The notes under the pieces: generated by a model
Databases searched by the model: none
What the model was told of the DNA's origin: nothing
What the model saw: the letters and a program-made list of their open reading frames with translations, nothing else
Program-made: the position numbers and the translations under genes
Shown here: in pieces, positions 11,659 through 24,724 of the stretch
Layout: each line of letters opens with the position of its first letter
Position numbering within the stretch: position 1 is the first letter of the stretch
Source: Rhizodiscina lignyota
Taxonomy: Eukaryota
DNA: 64,000 bases
Direction of reading: 5' to 3'
Assembly: GCA_010015805.1 (NCBI GenBank)
Contig: ML978136.1
Coordinates: 620,001-684,000, forward strand

Positions 11659-13796
11659 CTATGCAACCTCTAACACTCCCTGATTCCCTCTTACCTCCAG
11701 ATTTTCCCCTCTTAGACCTCCAACAACCCTATCTTTCCCATTCTTTCTCCTCTCCGCCTTTAACCACGCTAACAGTGTTAGAGCACCATTCATCGTGACT
11801 CCCTCTATCCTCCTCGCCATCCCAACACTCTCAGGCCGAACCTTGTCCAACAATGTCTTCTCCTCTGTACTCAACCCATGTACTTTGCCATAGTCTATAT
11901 CTAGCGGGAGCTCCAAGCCCTCATCTCTGAGGAAGACACGCATCGCTCCTTCTTGGCGCTCGACGTACGGCGCATATGCACCTTCAATGTCGACTCGTGC
12001 TCTTACGCGGGGCGAGAAGGACTTGATGTTGGGGATGGTATCGATAAGAGATGACGTGGTGATCGCTTCGTATGCGAGAAGCTCGAATGCGGAGCGCTTC
12101 ACCGTATCCGAACGAACTGGGAAGCCAGATTGTATCCAGGATGAGCTGCCCATTTTATGGGATTTGAGCAACTCGATGAGTTCCTGCATCCCCGCCTGCT
12201 CGTCGTTGAATTGAGCCCATCGTGTATCTCCAACTACGCCAGCCACCCGTCCCTTAGCTGTAAGTCGAGTATCTGCGTTATCAGCTCGAGACGACATCCG
12301 GTACTCGCTACGAGACGTAAACATTCTGTACGGTTCGCTGACGCCCTTTGTAATGAGGTCATCGATCATGATGCCGATGTATCCTTCGGTCCTGTCTATG
12401 ATCATTGGCGGTTTATCCTGCGCTGCGAGACCGGCATTGATTCCTGCAACGACCCCCTGTGCGGCAGCTTCTTCATAGCCTGTCGTTCCATTGATTTGGC
12501 CAGCAAGGAAGAGGCCTTGTATCGCTTTCGTCTCAAGCGTGCTACGTAATGAGCGTGGGTCGACATAGTCGTATTCGACCCCGTAGCCAGGCTGCAGCAT
12601 CGTCACGTTCTCCAAGCCTGAAATAGTCTTTAACATGGCTTCTTGTGCATCTGCTGGAACTGTCATTGATATCCCATTCGGATAGATGACATCCGTGTCA
12701 AAGCCTTCCGGCTCGAGCCATATGACGTGCTGAGTCTTGTCCTTGAAGCGGATGACCTTCGATTCCAGTGATGGGCAGTATCGGGGTCCTTTGACAGTCT
12801 CACGAATATGGATAGATTTGTCGAGATTGGCGCGGATAATGTCGTGCGTGGCGTCGTTCGTGTACGTCATATGACAGAGGAGCTGGTCTTTCACCGCGAC
12901 AGTGTCGTTCAGGTAGCTGAAAGGCATGGGAGGTTCGTCGCCTTCCTGAATCTGCAGATTTGAGAAATCAATCGTCTTCTTATCCAATCTCGGCGGTGTT
13001 CCCGTCTTTAGCCTCCCCAATTGAAAGCCTGCATCTCTTAAACTCTTGCTCAGTCCTGTCGTCGCTGCCTCTCCCATCCGTCCGGACGGATATGCTTGCA
13101 GCCCTATATGTATCTCTCCACCAAGAAATGTCCCGGTAGTGATCACAACGCTCTTGGCAGGAATGATCTCTCCGCTTTCCAATCTCACACCAGTGATCCT
13201 CCCATGCCTTCCCAGCTCCTGCTGTCCTTCTCTCTCCACAATGATATCCGCGACTTTTCCTTCCACCACACTCAACGCTCCACTCCCCATCGTCTTATAT
13301 TCCAACATCTCCTCTTTCATATATTCCTTATACAGCGATCTGTCGATCTGCGCACGTGGTCCCCATACGGCCGGCCCCTTTCGTCGATTCAGTACACGAA
13401 ACTGCACGCCTGCCTTATCCACAATCCTGCCCACAACGCCATCCAGAGCGTCAATCTCTCGCAGCATCGTGCCCTTGCCAATGCCGCCAAACGACGGGTT
13501 ACAGGAGCACACGCCGAGATTGTCGAGCGAAGGCGTGACCAGCGCGGTGCGTGCGCCGCTACGCGCAGAGGCGGCGGAGGCTTCAGTGCCAGCGTGGCCA
13601 CCGCCGATAACGACGACATCGTAGGGGCTAATTACGTTTGTGAGGACATTGTTCTGCGATTGTAGAGTGTATAAAGTGGAGCAGAGACATACCGAAGCTC
13701 GTTGGAGACCGTGGCGAAGGCACGGCGTAGGGGAAATTTGGACCGTACTCGAGGCGCATGGCCCCAGAGAGGTCGAGCACGTATGGCGAAAGCCAT
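11659..13796 (-). CDS. MTO1: Mitochondrial tRNA uridine modification enzyme Mto1 (GidA/MnmG family)
   Basis: Motifs [59 protein letters not shown] and [20 protein letters not shown]. Exon 1 ([13 protein letters not shown], donor GTATG) encodes an Arg-rich mitochondrial presequence. Confidence 0.96.
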
Positions 13797-14244
13797 GTTG
13801 AGGTAAGTTATGCACAATTGGAAATTATTGCCAAAGGCTATTCCGCGGTCGTCCTGAGTTCGAGCTTTTGCGGAGTCGGCTAAACTTCGGATCACTTTCT
13901 TAATGGTCGAAATGGTGGTCAGGATTCTGCTCATTAGACCAAGACGATGGACTTTCACAATCAAGGCAAGCAGTAGGAGACACTATTGATCTCATATCTC
14001 ATACATACTCAGAGATACAGCAAATAGTTGTAGTGGAGGATGCCTAGAGATCCAGCGCGGCCCAGCCCGTGAACGCTCATAGACATAGTGTCAACGAAGT
14101 TAACGACAGCCGTTATGAGTGGAGAATGCGTAACCGGGATATCAATATTGACCTCCAGATCGCCAATTGCCTCCCCATTGCTTCATCCAAACGCCAAATG
14201 ATCCACCAATACAGATTTCAATCAAAGGCGTGTCTCAACAGACT

Positions 14245-14910
14245 TTACGCAGCCGCGGCAGCTGGTTGCTCCTGTTCAGCCTCGGCCATATCTTCGGCTT
14301 GTGGGCGAGGTCGGCTGAGGACTTCGACGCTCCCTAGAGAAGAGAACCTGTCAGATATGTTCGGAACGATCGGTTTGAAAGGAAGTGTATAAAGCAGGTG
14401 TCTCAGGCTTCTATCCCATCTCTTGCCAAATACAGCATGATGCAAAGTTTGATATGAAACGTTCAATCACGTACTCTGAACAAGATTGAGAGCAGTTCTC
14501 TTCTTTCCTTCGGCGTCGTCGTAGGTGCTCATTGACGCGTTGGCCTCGCAGTGCATGAGTGTGCTATCAACCACACCATCAGCAATTGCTCTGTAACAGC
14601 TGCACAATCATTCCTCATCGAAATGAGCATACCCTTTAGGCAGACCCAGCACATAATCCCTCCTCGGGCCCTCATCGAAGCACGCGATCCTGTACCAGCT
14701 CGTTTGTGGGTTGTCGCGCGGTCCGCTGCTTACGCCCATCGCATAGCGCACCATCTCTCGTCCAGTACTAGTGTTAACGAGTTCAGGTTCGGCGGCAAGA
14801 CGTCCAATGAGGGTCATACGCGCCAGCGCAGAGCGCGGGGTTGTGGAGAAGGAGCGAGAGGCGGAGGAGAGCGCGGGGCGCATCGTGCGGAAAGTAGTGG
14901 AGGTGAGCAT
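14245..14910 (-). CDS. RIM1: Mitochondrial single-stranded DNA-binding protein (multi-exon)
   Basis: Presequence MLTSTTFRTMRPALSSASRSFSTT, then ARMTLIGRLAAEPE..RYAMG..QTSWYRIACF..LGLPKG. Further exons read EANASMSTYDDAEGKKRTALNLVQ and VEVLSRPR. Confidence 0.9.
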
Positions 14911-15258
14911 TTTGAAGAAGTGAAATAGTATTGAGACGGACGAGAAGACTTGAAGCGAGTGGGGAGAAGTAGTTGAGGGGTGCTGTGAAAGATACGAGAG
15001 ACAGGGAAGACGCGATAAATGCATGATGCGACGCGACTGACTCTCGCGCGTTTGTAGGGGGGCGGATGTCGGCATGATGCCGGCATAATGTCGGCTCTTT
15101 CCCGTCTGAAGCTCCTTTAGCGCGCCAAGCTCGAAGTGACGGGATCGCCAGGCTTGCTCCGCAACATCGGCCAGTTATCGACAGAGAGTCTACTCTTCCC
15201 GCCTCTCTGCTTCGACTTCAGCTCCCTCTGTCTCTCCGAATCGAGAGCTTGCTTCAAG

Positions 15259-16491
<1,233 letters not shown>

Positions 16492-17069
16492 CGCGGAGCA
16501 TTCCCATTTCATGTCGAGTGGAAGGCCTGACAGATACTTTTACGGCCACTGCAACTCCTTTTGGCCATCATTTCCGCTGATGCGTTTTCGGCCCCCAACT
16601 GTATTGGACGGTTTGAGCTTGTCAAAGTAGTTCGTTTTGCCTCGGGTTCGCGGGTGGCTGCGAAGAACATGTATATTTTGGAATGAAAGATGCTTATGAA
16701 GTGGCAAACGGGCACGCTGCGGGTTAAGTTCTGATGCTGCCGGAGATAATAATGCGCATTCCATAAGCGGCCGCAGTGCGGAGTGCAGGTTTCTAAATGG
16801 GGCGCTGTCAAGTGCAAGTGGCCATCACGAGAGGATGGCCTGGGCCAAGTGGGCGGCTCGTCCCGCAGTCGGTCCAAAGTCTCGGATGATCAAATTTAGA
16901 TAGCTCAGCTGCCCGCCCACACCACATGTGGCCAGGGAAGACTGAGAGCCAGGTGCTGGGTGCCACCTTAAATCTTGACGCGCGCAGCTGAGCTCCAGCA
17001 TGCTACTGTTTTGCACTGTCGAAGAACTGAGTACGTGGATTTCGAGAAGCAAGCGCAAGCGCTGGCGCC

Positions 17070-19340
17070 ATGACGACGACGATATCCGGCCTTGAAGAGG
17101 TCGTCGACGAGCTGAGCAGGGTCGATGCGAGGGCGTGCAAGCTGTATAAGACTTGCAAGGACTCGAGATTGCGCGCATTTGCCGACGAATGTAAGTATCC
17201 TAATCTTCCGGACAGGCGCACCCATGGTACTGATTCAACATCGCTGACTCAAACCCCACAGTGAAATCACTTCTCAAATGCATCGATATAGTCGCGGAAC
17301 AGATCGATAAATTCTCATTTCTTCGAAGCAGAGAGGGCGAGCCAAATCGAGCGAAGTTACAATGTCTATTGCGAGATTGCCAGAGCACGCTGTGGAGGCT
17401 CGAGGACTATCTGGCCAGGCACTTCGGGCCACGCGACCTGCCCCCACCACCGCTGAACGAGTCCCGCGATGTACAGGCGGAGCTGAAGAGCCGCAGAAAT
17501 GCTCTTCTTATGTGGATAGAGGATCTAGTCAATGAACCAGCTAGAGAGACTCCGAGAGCACTCCCGCCCAGTTCACCACCACCTGCTAGGAAGAGGACAC
17601 CACCTGCAACTTCAGCGGAACGATCGCCTGCAACACCGACCGCAGAAAAATACCAAGAAAAATACCACAGGAGACACACTAGCTATGGCGGTGGTGGCGT
17701 GCCTCTTCCGAGGCCGATCAATACAAATTTGAGGCCTCCATCTTCCGATGCAGGAAGCAGATCCGCGACCAGTCCTAAGGCGCCCCTAAGCCCATATCAA
17801 GCAACAGTGGAAGAAATTCCGGACGAAGGATCTCCAGAGGATGACGACAGATCTCCTTACGTATCAGAGTATCACATGACTCCGCCAGGTTCGTCATTCG
17901 AGGCCAGTTCGGAGTCGTCGGTTGCACAAGAGCCTTCCACCAAAGCGGTAGCGCCCAATTCAAAGAGCACGGACAGCTTTGATGCCCAAAGTTCTAGTAG
18001 TAATCAGGAAAAGAAGCAGGCACTGCCCAAGGTTGTTATGCCCGACATCAATCGCAAGACTTCATATAAAGACAAGCCATTCCTCAGCCCGCATGACGCT
18101 GTACCAAGACCTGATCAATCACGAGAAGAAGTGTGGCAAAGGCCAGAAGAGGACTTCCAGCTTTGGGACACAGACGACGACGAACTTGAGGAAGAACCCA
18201 TGGGTGCACGAACGCCATTCCGTGTGGAGAGCATGTCTGCTCAGAATACGCCGCGTGATAACATGCCGCCGCCGCCGCCGCCGCGACCACGGGCGCCCTC
18301 ACGTGCTCGCTCAGCGCAACAACAAGGAGACACCAGGTCAGGGAAGCAATCCCCTCGATATTCTCCCGGCCACTCCCCCTGGGTGAATACACAGTCATAC
18401 CCTGATGATGGCCGCTTTGTTGGAACTGGAGGAAAGGAGAAGTTCACCCCGCAGCCATCACCTCGGGACCCATCTAAGGAATATGTTTCTGCTCGACGGC
18501 CACGCGCAGCGACGCACACGCAAGGCGCTCCTTATCCTCCTGACGATGCCCCTTTCTATGCAGGCAGCAGTGCGTTCCATTTTATGACTGGTGCTGCGGA
18601 GGGCACTTTCAACGTCGACCCCCGGGATGTCTTCAACAAGTTCCTCGGTGGAGGAGGTACCTCCAACGACGATAGAGACATGTATAGTACTGCAAGCAAG
18701 GAGAAGGAGAAATCTGCTTCGGACTACGATGAGCGAAACTCCAGAACCGACCGAGGAAGTAGAGATGGAGAAGCGCCTCCTAAAGAAATTACGACGCAGA
18801 TCACTCTTGAAGAGTTCTTCAGTGGCACTAAACGCAAAATGAAGGTCACTGGGAAGGATTCCGGTAATCACAAGATTATTGAGCTTCCGATAAGGCCTGG
18901 CTTAAGGACGGGGGCCAAAATACGAGTCTCGGGCATTGAGATTGACCCGGACAGCCCTCTCGCTGAGATTAATTTCAGTATACAAGAGGTGAGCTTCTGA
19001 TTGATAGTCGATCCCGGGTTGATTACTGACCTTGAAGTAGAAACCTCATCCTAGGTTCACACGCCAAGGAGACGATCTCCATACTACGATTGACATAGAC
19101 TTATACGAATCTCTCTGTGGCTGGGAGCGCTACATAACGAGCATCTGCGGAAAGGACGTGCGCGTTCGAAGCACGACTCCAACAGGGCCAAAGTGGAAGG
19201 AGTGCTACGCAGGCCTCGGCATGCCGAAGAATAAGAAGCCCAGTGAGAGAGGCGATCTGTGGGTTGGTGTGAACGTCAGCTATCCCGCAGCTTTATCCGA
19301 GGAAAAGAGGAAGATGTTAAGGGATATTTTGAGGCCATGA
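17070..19340 (+). CDS. Protein with N-terminal fungal helical domain, long disordered middle and Sis1-type DnaJ C-terminal domain; no J domain (exons 17070-17190, 17262-18988, 19041-19340)
   Basis: The C-terminus ITLEEFFSGTKRKMKV..IELPIRPGLRTGAKIR..FSIQE|KPHPRFTRQGDDL..IDLYESLCGW..GLGMPKNKKPSERGDLWV..VSYP is the DnaJ_C pattern. No HPD motif occurs anywhere in the spliced protein. Confidence 0.85.
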
Positions 19341-19786
19341 GTGGTCGATGGAGCTATATACTAATCATTTTCAATTTCTTGTAAGGTTTTGATTGATGGG
19401 CGTTTCTAGTTTACTCGTTGTACACATTCTCATTTCCAGCTTCAGCATAGCGACATGGCGTTGCACTGATTCTTTTCTAGTCTTCATAATACCCACTCGA
19501 TTATTTTGGTTCTCAGTTTTGAATCACTAGTTCGTAATTAACATCCTCGCATTGGCGCATGGTATGCGAACTCCAACGGTTACTGTTCTCCCATTTGTTC
19601 CCCTTTTATTTCAACGATTGCATAAACGCAGTAAATGGCGCACCTCGTCAACGCTTCCGTCTAGAATAAGTATAAAACTCTCTTTCCTCTCCTCTAATCT
19701 TTTCGAGGCGAAGTCAAAGCATAGTCACACAGCATCTCGAGCCATCGAAGTCGAGTACCATCAGTTTCCATCTCCAAACCCATCAA

Positions 19787-20236
19787 ATGATCAAAATGCT
19801 CTTCATCCAACTCTTCTCCCTCATCGCCAGCATAGCCGCCACCTTCGCAACCCCAGTGGACCCTATGTCGATCCTCAATGTCGAACCCCTCCCGCTGAAC
19901 ATGTCGCTACCGCTCACCCTCCCCCGCCGCGACGCGCCCGTCTGCGGCAAAATGACCTACTACAACACCGGCCTCGGCTCGTGCGGCATCACAAACAACG
20001 ATGGCGAGAACCTGGTGGCTCTGGCCGATATACACCAAAGCGAGAAGTGCGGAAAGAACATCCGCATCACGCACTCGGACACAGGGACGAGCATCGATGC
20101 CCCCGTCCAGGACACGTGCCCGGTGTGCACGTATGCGTCGGGGGAGGAGAACGTCGTGGCAGACCTTTCACCGGCGCTGTTCAATGCACTGGGTGGTGGA
20201 GATGGGCATTTCCAGGGATGCTTTTACTTCTTGTAG
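19787..20236 (+). CDS. Secreted RlpA-like double-psi beta-barrel (expansin/loosenin-like) protein
   Basis: Signal peptide MLFIQLFSLIASIAA, then GKMTYYNTGLGSCG..VAL..CGKNIRI..VQDTCPVC..DLSPALFNAL. Confidence 0.9.
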   Translation: MIKMLFIQLFSLIASIAATFATPVDPMSILNVEPLPLNMSLPLTLPRRDAPVCGKMTYYNTGLGSCGITNNDGENLVALADIHQSEKCGKNIRITHSDTGTSIDAPVQDTCPVCTYASGEENVVADLSPALFNALGGGDGHFQGCFYFL

Positions 20237-21152
20237 GTATGATATTAGCTTCGCAGTGGCGGCGAGAACTCTTGCTGATGTAGTTGCAGGATGATTGTCG
20301 TTAATTTAGCGTTCTGTTGTGCGTTTCTTCCGCTGCTGGCAATAATTTTCGACATACTGTACTCTTTTTCTGAGCACTGGTGGGATGTTTTGGAAACTGT
20401 TGTGGTTGTGTATGCGGAGCTTTTCCTACTTGTTCTTCTTATTCCTCTTAACGGGCTGTTCGAATTTATAGAGGATGCCCGGGCAGTATGGCCTATGCTT
20501 AATTGAAATCGATTTGATAAATTAGGTATATGCAAACAGGTTACTGAACAACATCAGTGTGTAGCCTTGATGAATAACAAAACATACAAGTTTCTCAATA
20601 GTTCGCTATTATTTAGTACACTCCGAAGAACATAAAACTAAGCTTTCGGGGATAGTCAGCATTACCATGGACTATAAGAGCTATTAGGCCTCAGACGTTG
20701 CAGCTTGCCTAGTGGCGAAATATCTTGTCACTTCCAGTAGCAGCTTTTATCAAACGAGAGGACTCATCAAGAGGCTGGCGAAGGAGGCTGGTGGGCTGCA
20801 CTGCCATGTGCGCCACAGACGCAGGTTCCGGGCTGCGTACGTCACGGTGATCGCCAGGCGCGGCGCTCTCAATCAACGAGCATCGAGCAAGCCGTACGAC
20901 GCAACTACGCGGCCTTCGCAGCCAATTCCTCTTTCAGCCGCCCGCTTTACTTCTTATCACCACCACTATCACAGTCTCCACTCCCATCCACATATCTGTC
21001 AGTAGCTTCATCCTCTCTCGATCGTCTGGTTCCTCCTGCGCTCGCTTCTGGGCAGTCCGGGCACGCGCCCCCACTTACTCCGAAGTACTTGGCTTTGGAC
21101 GAACTGCTCGCTTCTTGTAATATTTTAGAGAAGAAGACACTATAATTTCGCC

Positions 21153-24131
21153 ATGGTCCGAAGGAAGCCTGTCGGGCAAGATGCGATGGCGAATCCTCAG
21201 CTCCAGCCAACTCCGAATAATCCACCATATCCGATCACACCCACCATAGAGCCGCCACTACCACTCGGTAACCCTCCAGCGGCTACTTCACAGCAGTTAC
21301 ACCCGTCCACTTCCTTCGAAATAATTGGAAGAGGCGAGGCACCCAAGGCTGCGAACGATGGACTGTCAGATCACGAGGATTCCGACTCGGACGATTGGGA
21401 TAAAGACGACACTGATGATGAAGAGGAAGAGCAAAAGGATGCGCATGGCCTTCCAGCATCTCTGAAGGTCGGAGGAAGCAGAGACGTGTCTCCACATCCA
21501 CAGCCGACGGCTCCACTGCCTGCCGCGTTAAGAGTAGGACCTCCAGCAGGTGTTCATCCGCAGTTGTCACAAGAGAGCTTGATATCAGAGCAGAGCAAGA
21601 GCTCCAACCCATGGGTGAATACACAGCAGCGACGGCCTTCCATACCCTTTCAATCAAACAACCCATACCTGCGTGTGCAGCACTCCGGAGAGAGCAATCC
21701 GGCACTAGCAAGTTCGTCGTCAATATGGGCTGATGGACCCCCCGAAGCTGTAGCAGCTCCGGCGCCAGCACCGGTCGAACTACCTACATACCAGACACCT
21801 ACAGATGCCTTTTCCAAAATGTCATTAAACGGCGCGGTGGTGTCTGCACCGGAGGAAGAGCCACCCACGCCATATTCACGGCAACCGCCTCTCATCTCAG
21901 TTGAAGCTGAGAGCGAAGCTGAAGCGCTCTTCAATGATGCTCCCAAGATGCCATCCTCTCGACCACCTGTTCCTCCAGTCCAGGACTTCTCACAGTCGGC
22001 TCCTCCTGTTCAACACGAGCCGCAGCCGTCATCAGTATGGGATGATCAGTTGAGGGCCGACGAAGCCACTGCGAAAGAGCTTGCGCACATGGAGCAACCG
22101 AACCAGGAACCAAACCCCTGGGATGATGGAGGGGCACGTCCACAGCTTCCGCCACGAACTGGCGATGAGGAAGTAGCGCCACCGAAACCGCCGCGACCTG
22201 GCGATACAGAAGTAGCTCCACCGCAACCACCGCGACCACAAGTTGACATCCCTGCAATCTCCACTCCGTCACGATCCACGACAGAATCACCTAACACTGT
22301 GGCGCAGCGACAGCGCAAAGAGCATTATTCAATAAAGCACATGCGATGGTTTGATGAAGCGTCGGGCCAGCTACGAGAATCGCCAATCCTCATTCAAAAT
22401 GCGAATGGACCTTGCCCGCTACTTGCACTCGTCAACGCACTTGTCCTAACCACCCCTCCAGGCTCTGAAACCGCCCTCGTTGAGACGCTCCGAACACGTG
22501 AACAAGTCAGTCTGGGGCTTCTGCTCGATGCCGTATTTGACGAGCTGATGTCTGGCCGACGAGGTGGAGCTGCGCAAGAACTGCCAGATGTAGGCGACTT
22601 GTATCAATTTCTGATCACTCTGCATACTGGCATGAATGTGAATCCGCGATTTCTCCCGCTTGCGGTGGAAGCGCCGAATTTAATGGACGCAGATGGCCCA
22701 GTGACGGAAGTACATCCAGCGCTGCGGCAACCCGGCTGCTTCGAGGGGACGAGAGAAATGCGACTGTACAGCACGTTCAGCATTCCGTTGATCCACGGAT
22801 GGCTGCCAAGTAAAGGATCCGAAGCGTATAACGCATTCAATCGCGCGGCGCAGACTTTCGAGGATGCACAGAACATTCAATTCCGGGAGGAAGAGTTGGA
22901 TGAGAAGCTGAGAACGAGTGGACTCACTCCCGATGAAATCCACCTGTTTGAGGACATCACAAGCATCAAAGAGTTCTTGAATCGCTGGCCAACGCAGCTA
23001 ACGGACTATGGTCTCGACGTTCTGAAGCAGTATCTTCAGCCAGGAAGCATCGCGATCTTCTTCCGCAATGACCATTTCAGCACGCTATATAAAGAACCAA
23101 AGACCGGGCGATTGATGGCACTAGTAACAGACGCAGGATATTCCACTCACCAAGAGATTGTCTGGGAGAGTCTCGTCGATGTAAATGGCCGAGATGGTGA
23201 ACTATTTTCGGGCGATTTTAGACCTGTTGGCGGCCCCTCTGTAGCTACTCCCGTATCAACTGGTGGCCCTTCTTCCGCCGGTCCTGCGGGTCCACGATCC
23301 AGCTCCCGGCCAGTCCGCAGCATGCTCGATGTCGGTGGCGGCAACAATGCCGACTGGACCACAGCCACGGGCCGGCGCGGCAACCGTCCAGCTGCGCTTT
23401 CAGCGCACAGCCGTGATGACAGCGGTATTGGACTTGCACAAGAGACTGGCGTTCTCCAAGCATCCGGCTCTCCATTCTTAGCGACTAGCGACGGTGGGAT
23501 TGCCAGTCCAGTCTCACCATCGCGCGAAGAGCAGGAAGACCACGATCTCGCGCTTGCTTTGCAGTTGCAAGAAGAAGAGGAAGATCGAGCACGTCGCGAT
23601 GCGGCTGCGAGGCGTGAGCGCGAGGACAGGCTGTCCCAACAATTTCTGGAAGGAGAAGGCCGCGCACAAGGCGCACCAGGCGCACCAGGCGCGCCTAACC
23701 CCAGTCCAAGTCCCGGAGGGCAGGAGATTCGCCCGCTCATCCCACCACGACGGAATCAAGGCAGCACGACACCAGTACAAGCCACGCGCACGTCCGAAGC
23801 TGCTGAAGATGCGCCGCCGCCATCGTATGAGCAGGCGAGCAGGAGACCTGCGTACCATCCGCCGCGAGACCATCCTTCGCACCCAGCGAGTGCTCCGCAC
23901 ACACCGGCAGGCCGTGGGGCAGGTACTCCGAGAGGAGGAAGGAATGGGACGACGGCGTATGCGCAAAACAATATCCAGCAGACGGGTCGGCGGAGGAGCT
24001 CGACTCAGATGCCCCCGGGCGGGTATCCGACTGGCAGTGGAAGGGGAAGAGGAGCAGCGCAGTATGGTGGGGTTGGGCCGGGCTACAGTCACCCGGTTGG
24101 AGATGATCGTGACAAATGCGTTGTCATGTGA
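21153..24131 (+). CDS. MINDY-family deubiquitinase (DUF544; Miy1-like) with ubiquitin-binding motif and CaaX
   Basis: Catalytic Cys motif QNANGPCPLLALVNAL, His motif FFRNDHFSTLYK, LVTDAGY..IVWESLVDVNG, MIU-like DHDLALALQLQEEE, and C-terminal CVVM. Confidence 0.92.
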   Translation: MVRRKPVGQDAMANPQLQPTPNNPPYPITPTIEPPLPLGNPPAATSQQLHPSTSFEIIGRGEAPKAANDGLSDHEDSDSDDWDKDDTDDEEEEQKDAHGLPASLKVGGSRDVSPHPQPTAPLPAALRVGPPAGVHPQLSQESLISEQSKSSNPWVNTQQRRPSIPFQSNNPYLRVQHSGESNPALASSSSIWADGPPEAVAAPAPAPVELPTYQTPTDAFSKMSLNGAVVSAPEEEPPTPYSRQPPLISVEAESEAEALFNDAPKMPSSRPPVPPVQDFSQSAPPVQHEPQPSSVWDDQLRADEATAKELAHMEQPNQEPNPWDDGGARPQLPPRTGDEEVAPPKPPRPGDTEVAPPQPPRPQVDIPAISTPSRSTTESPNTVAQRQRKEHYSIKHMRWFDEASGQLRESPILIQNANGPCPLLALVNALVLTTPPGSETALVETLRTREQVSLGLLLDAVFDELMSGRRGGAAQELPDVGDLYQFLITLHTGMNVNPRFLPLAVEAPNLMDADGPVTEVHPALRQPGCFEGTREMRLYSTFSIPLIHGWLPSKGSEAYNAFNRAAQTFEDAQNIQFREEELDEKLRTSGLTPDEIHLFEDITSIKEFLNRWPTQLTDYGLDVLKQYLQPGSIAIFFRNDHFSTLYKEPKTGRLMALVTDAGYSTHQEIVWESLVDVNGRDGELFSGDFRPVGGPSVATPVSTGGPSSAGPAGPRSSSRPVRSMLDVGGGNNADWTTATGRRGNRPAALSAHSRDDSGIGLAQETGVLQASGSPFLATSDGGIASPVSPSREEQEDHDLALALQLQEEEEDRARRDAAARREREDRLSQQFLEGEGRAQGAPGAPGAPNPSPSPGGQEIRPLIPPRRNQGSTTPVQATRTSEAAEDAPPPSYEQASRRPAYHPPRDHPSHPASAPHTPAGRGAGTPRGGRNGTTAYAQNNIQQTGRRRSSTQMPPGGYPTGSGRGRGAAQYGGVGPGYSHPVGDDRDKCVVM

Positions 24132-24724
24132 TGTAAGTTGAAAATAGTAATTGCGATGAAGTTTATGAAAGGACCTTATGAGAGCGCAATGGGCCTGAAG
24201 CATTTGCTTCTTCCGGAGATTGAATCGAGGAAAAGAATGCCGCGGTGATACCCTTTCAATGGAGTTTATGAGGGATTTGATCCTGACTGTACAATACAAA
24301 GTTTTGGTGGTTATTTCAATCAAAGCATACTTCAAATAGAAAGCCTTCCTCAAATCCAGGGTGACAAAATAACTGACTAACGGGCAAATTGTAATGTCCA
24401 AGGCCGAGAAGCTGTTGCACTTCAAAGTGAGGCTATCTCTGAAAACTCACTTATACGTGCTTTGAACTGTACTAAACAGACCATTGGGAAACTTGTAAAT
24501 TGTATTGGTTACAGAGGCTACGCACTATTGTCGCTCAGCATCTCGAAGCTGCGGCCAAGTTTTGTCGCCATCGAGCTCGATACTGCGTATTGAGAGTTGA
24601 CTTGTTTCTGAAGCTCGACTACTATTTGCCTGCCAGTATTCTCGAACCACTACAAATTCGGACGCGGACTCCGAGATTCGCTGAATCTCCTGTTAAAGAT
24701 TTAATGTGCTTGCGCTAGGGACAC

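Noticed and set aside
20291..20506. Hydrophobic 71-aa ORF downstream of the expansin-like gene
   Set aside because: T-rich 3'-UTR-like sequence naturally encodes hydrophobic residues; no independent support.
23147..24425. Long alternative-frame and antisense ORFs (197-303 aa) over the MINDY gene 3' half
   Set aside because: Shadow ORFs of GC-rich, low-complexity coding sequence with no recognisable motifs.
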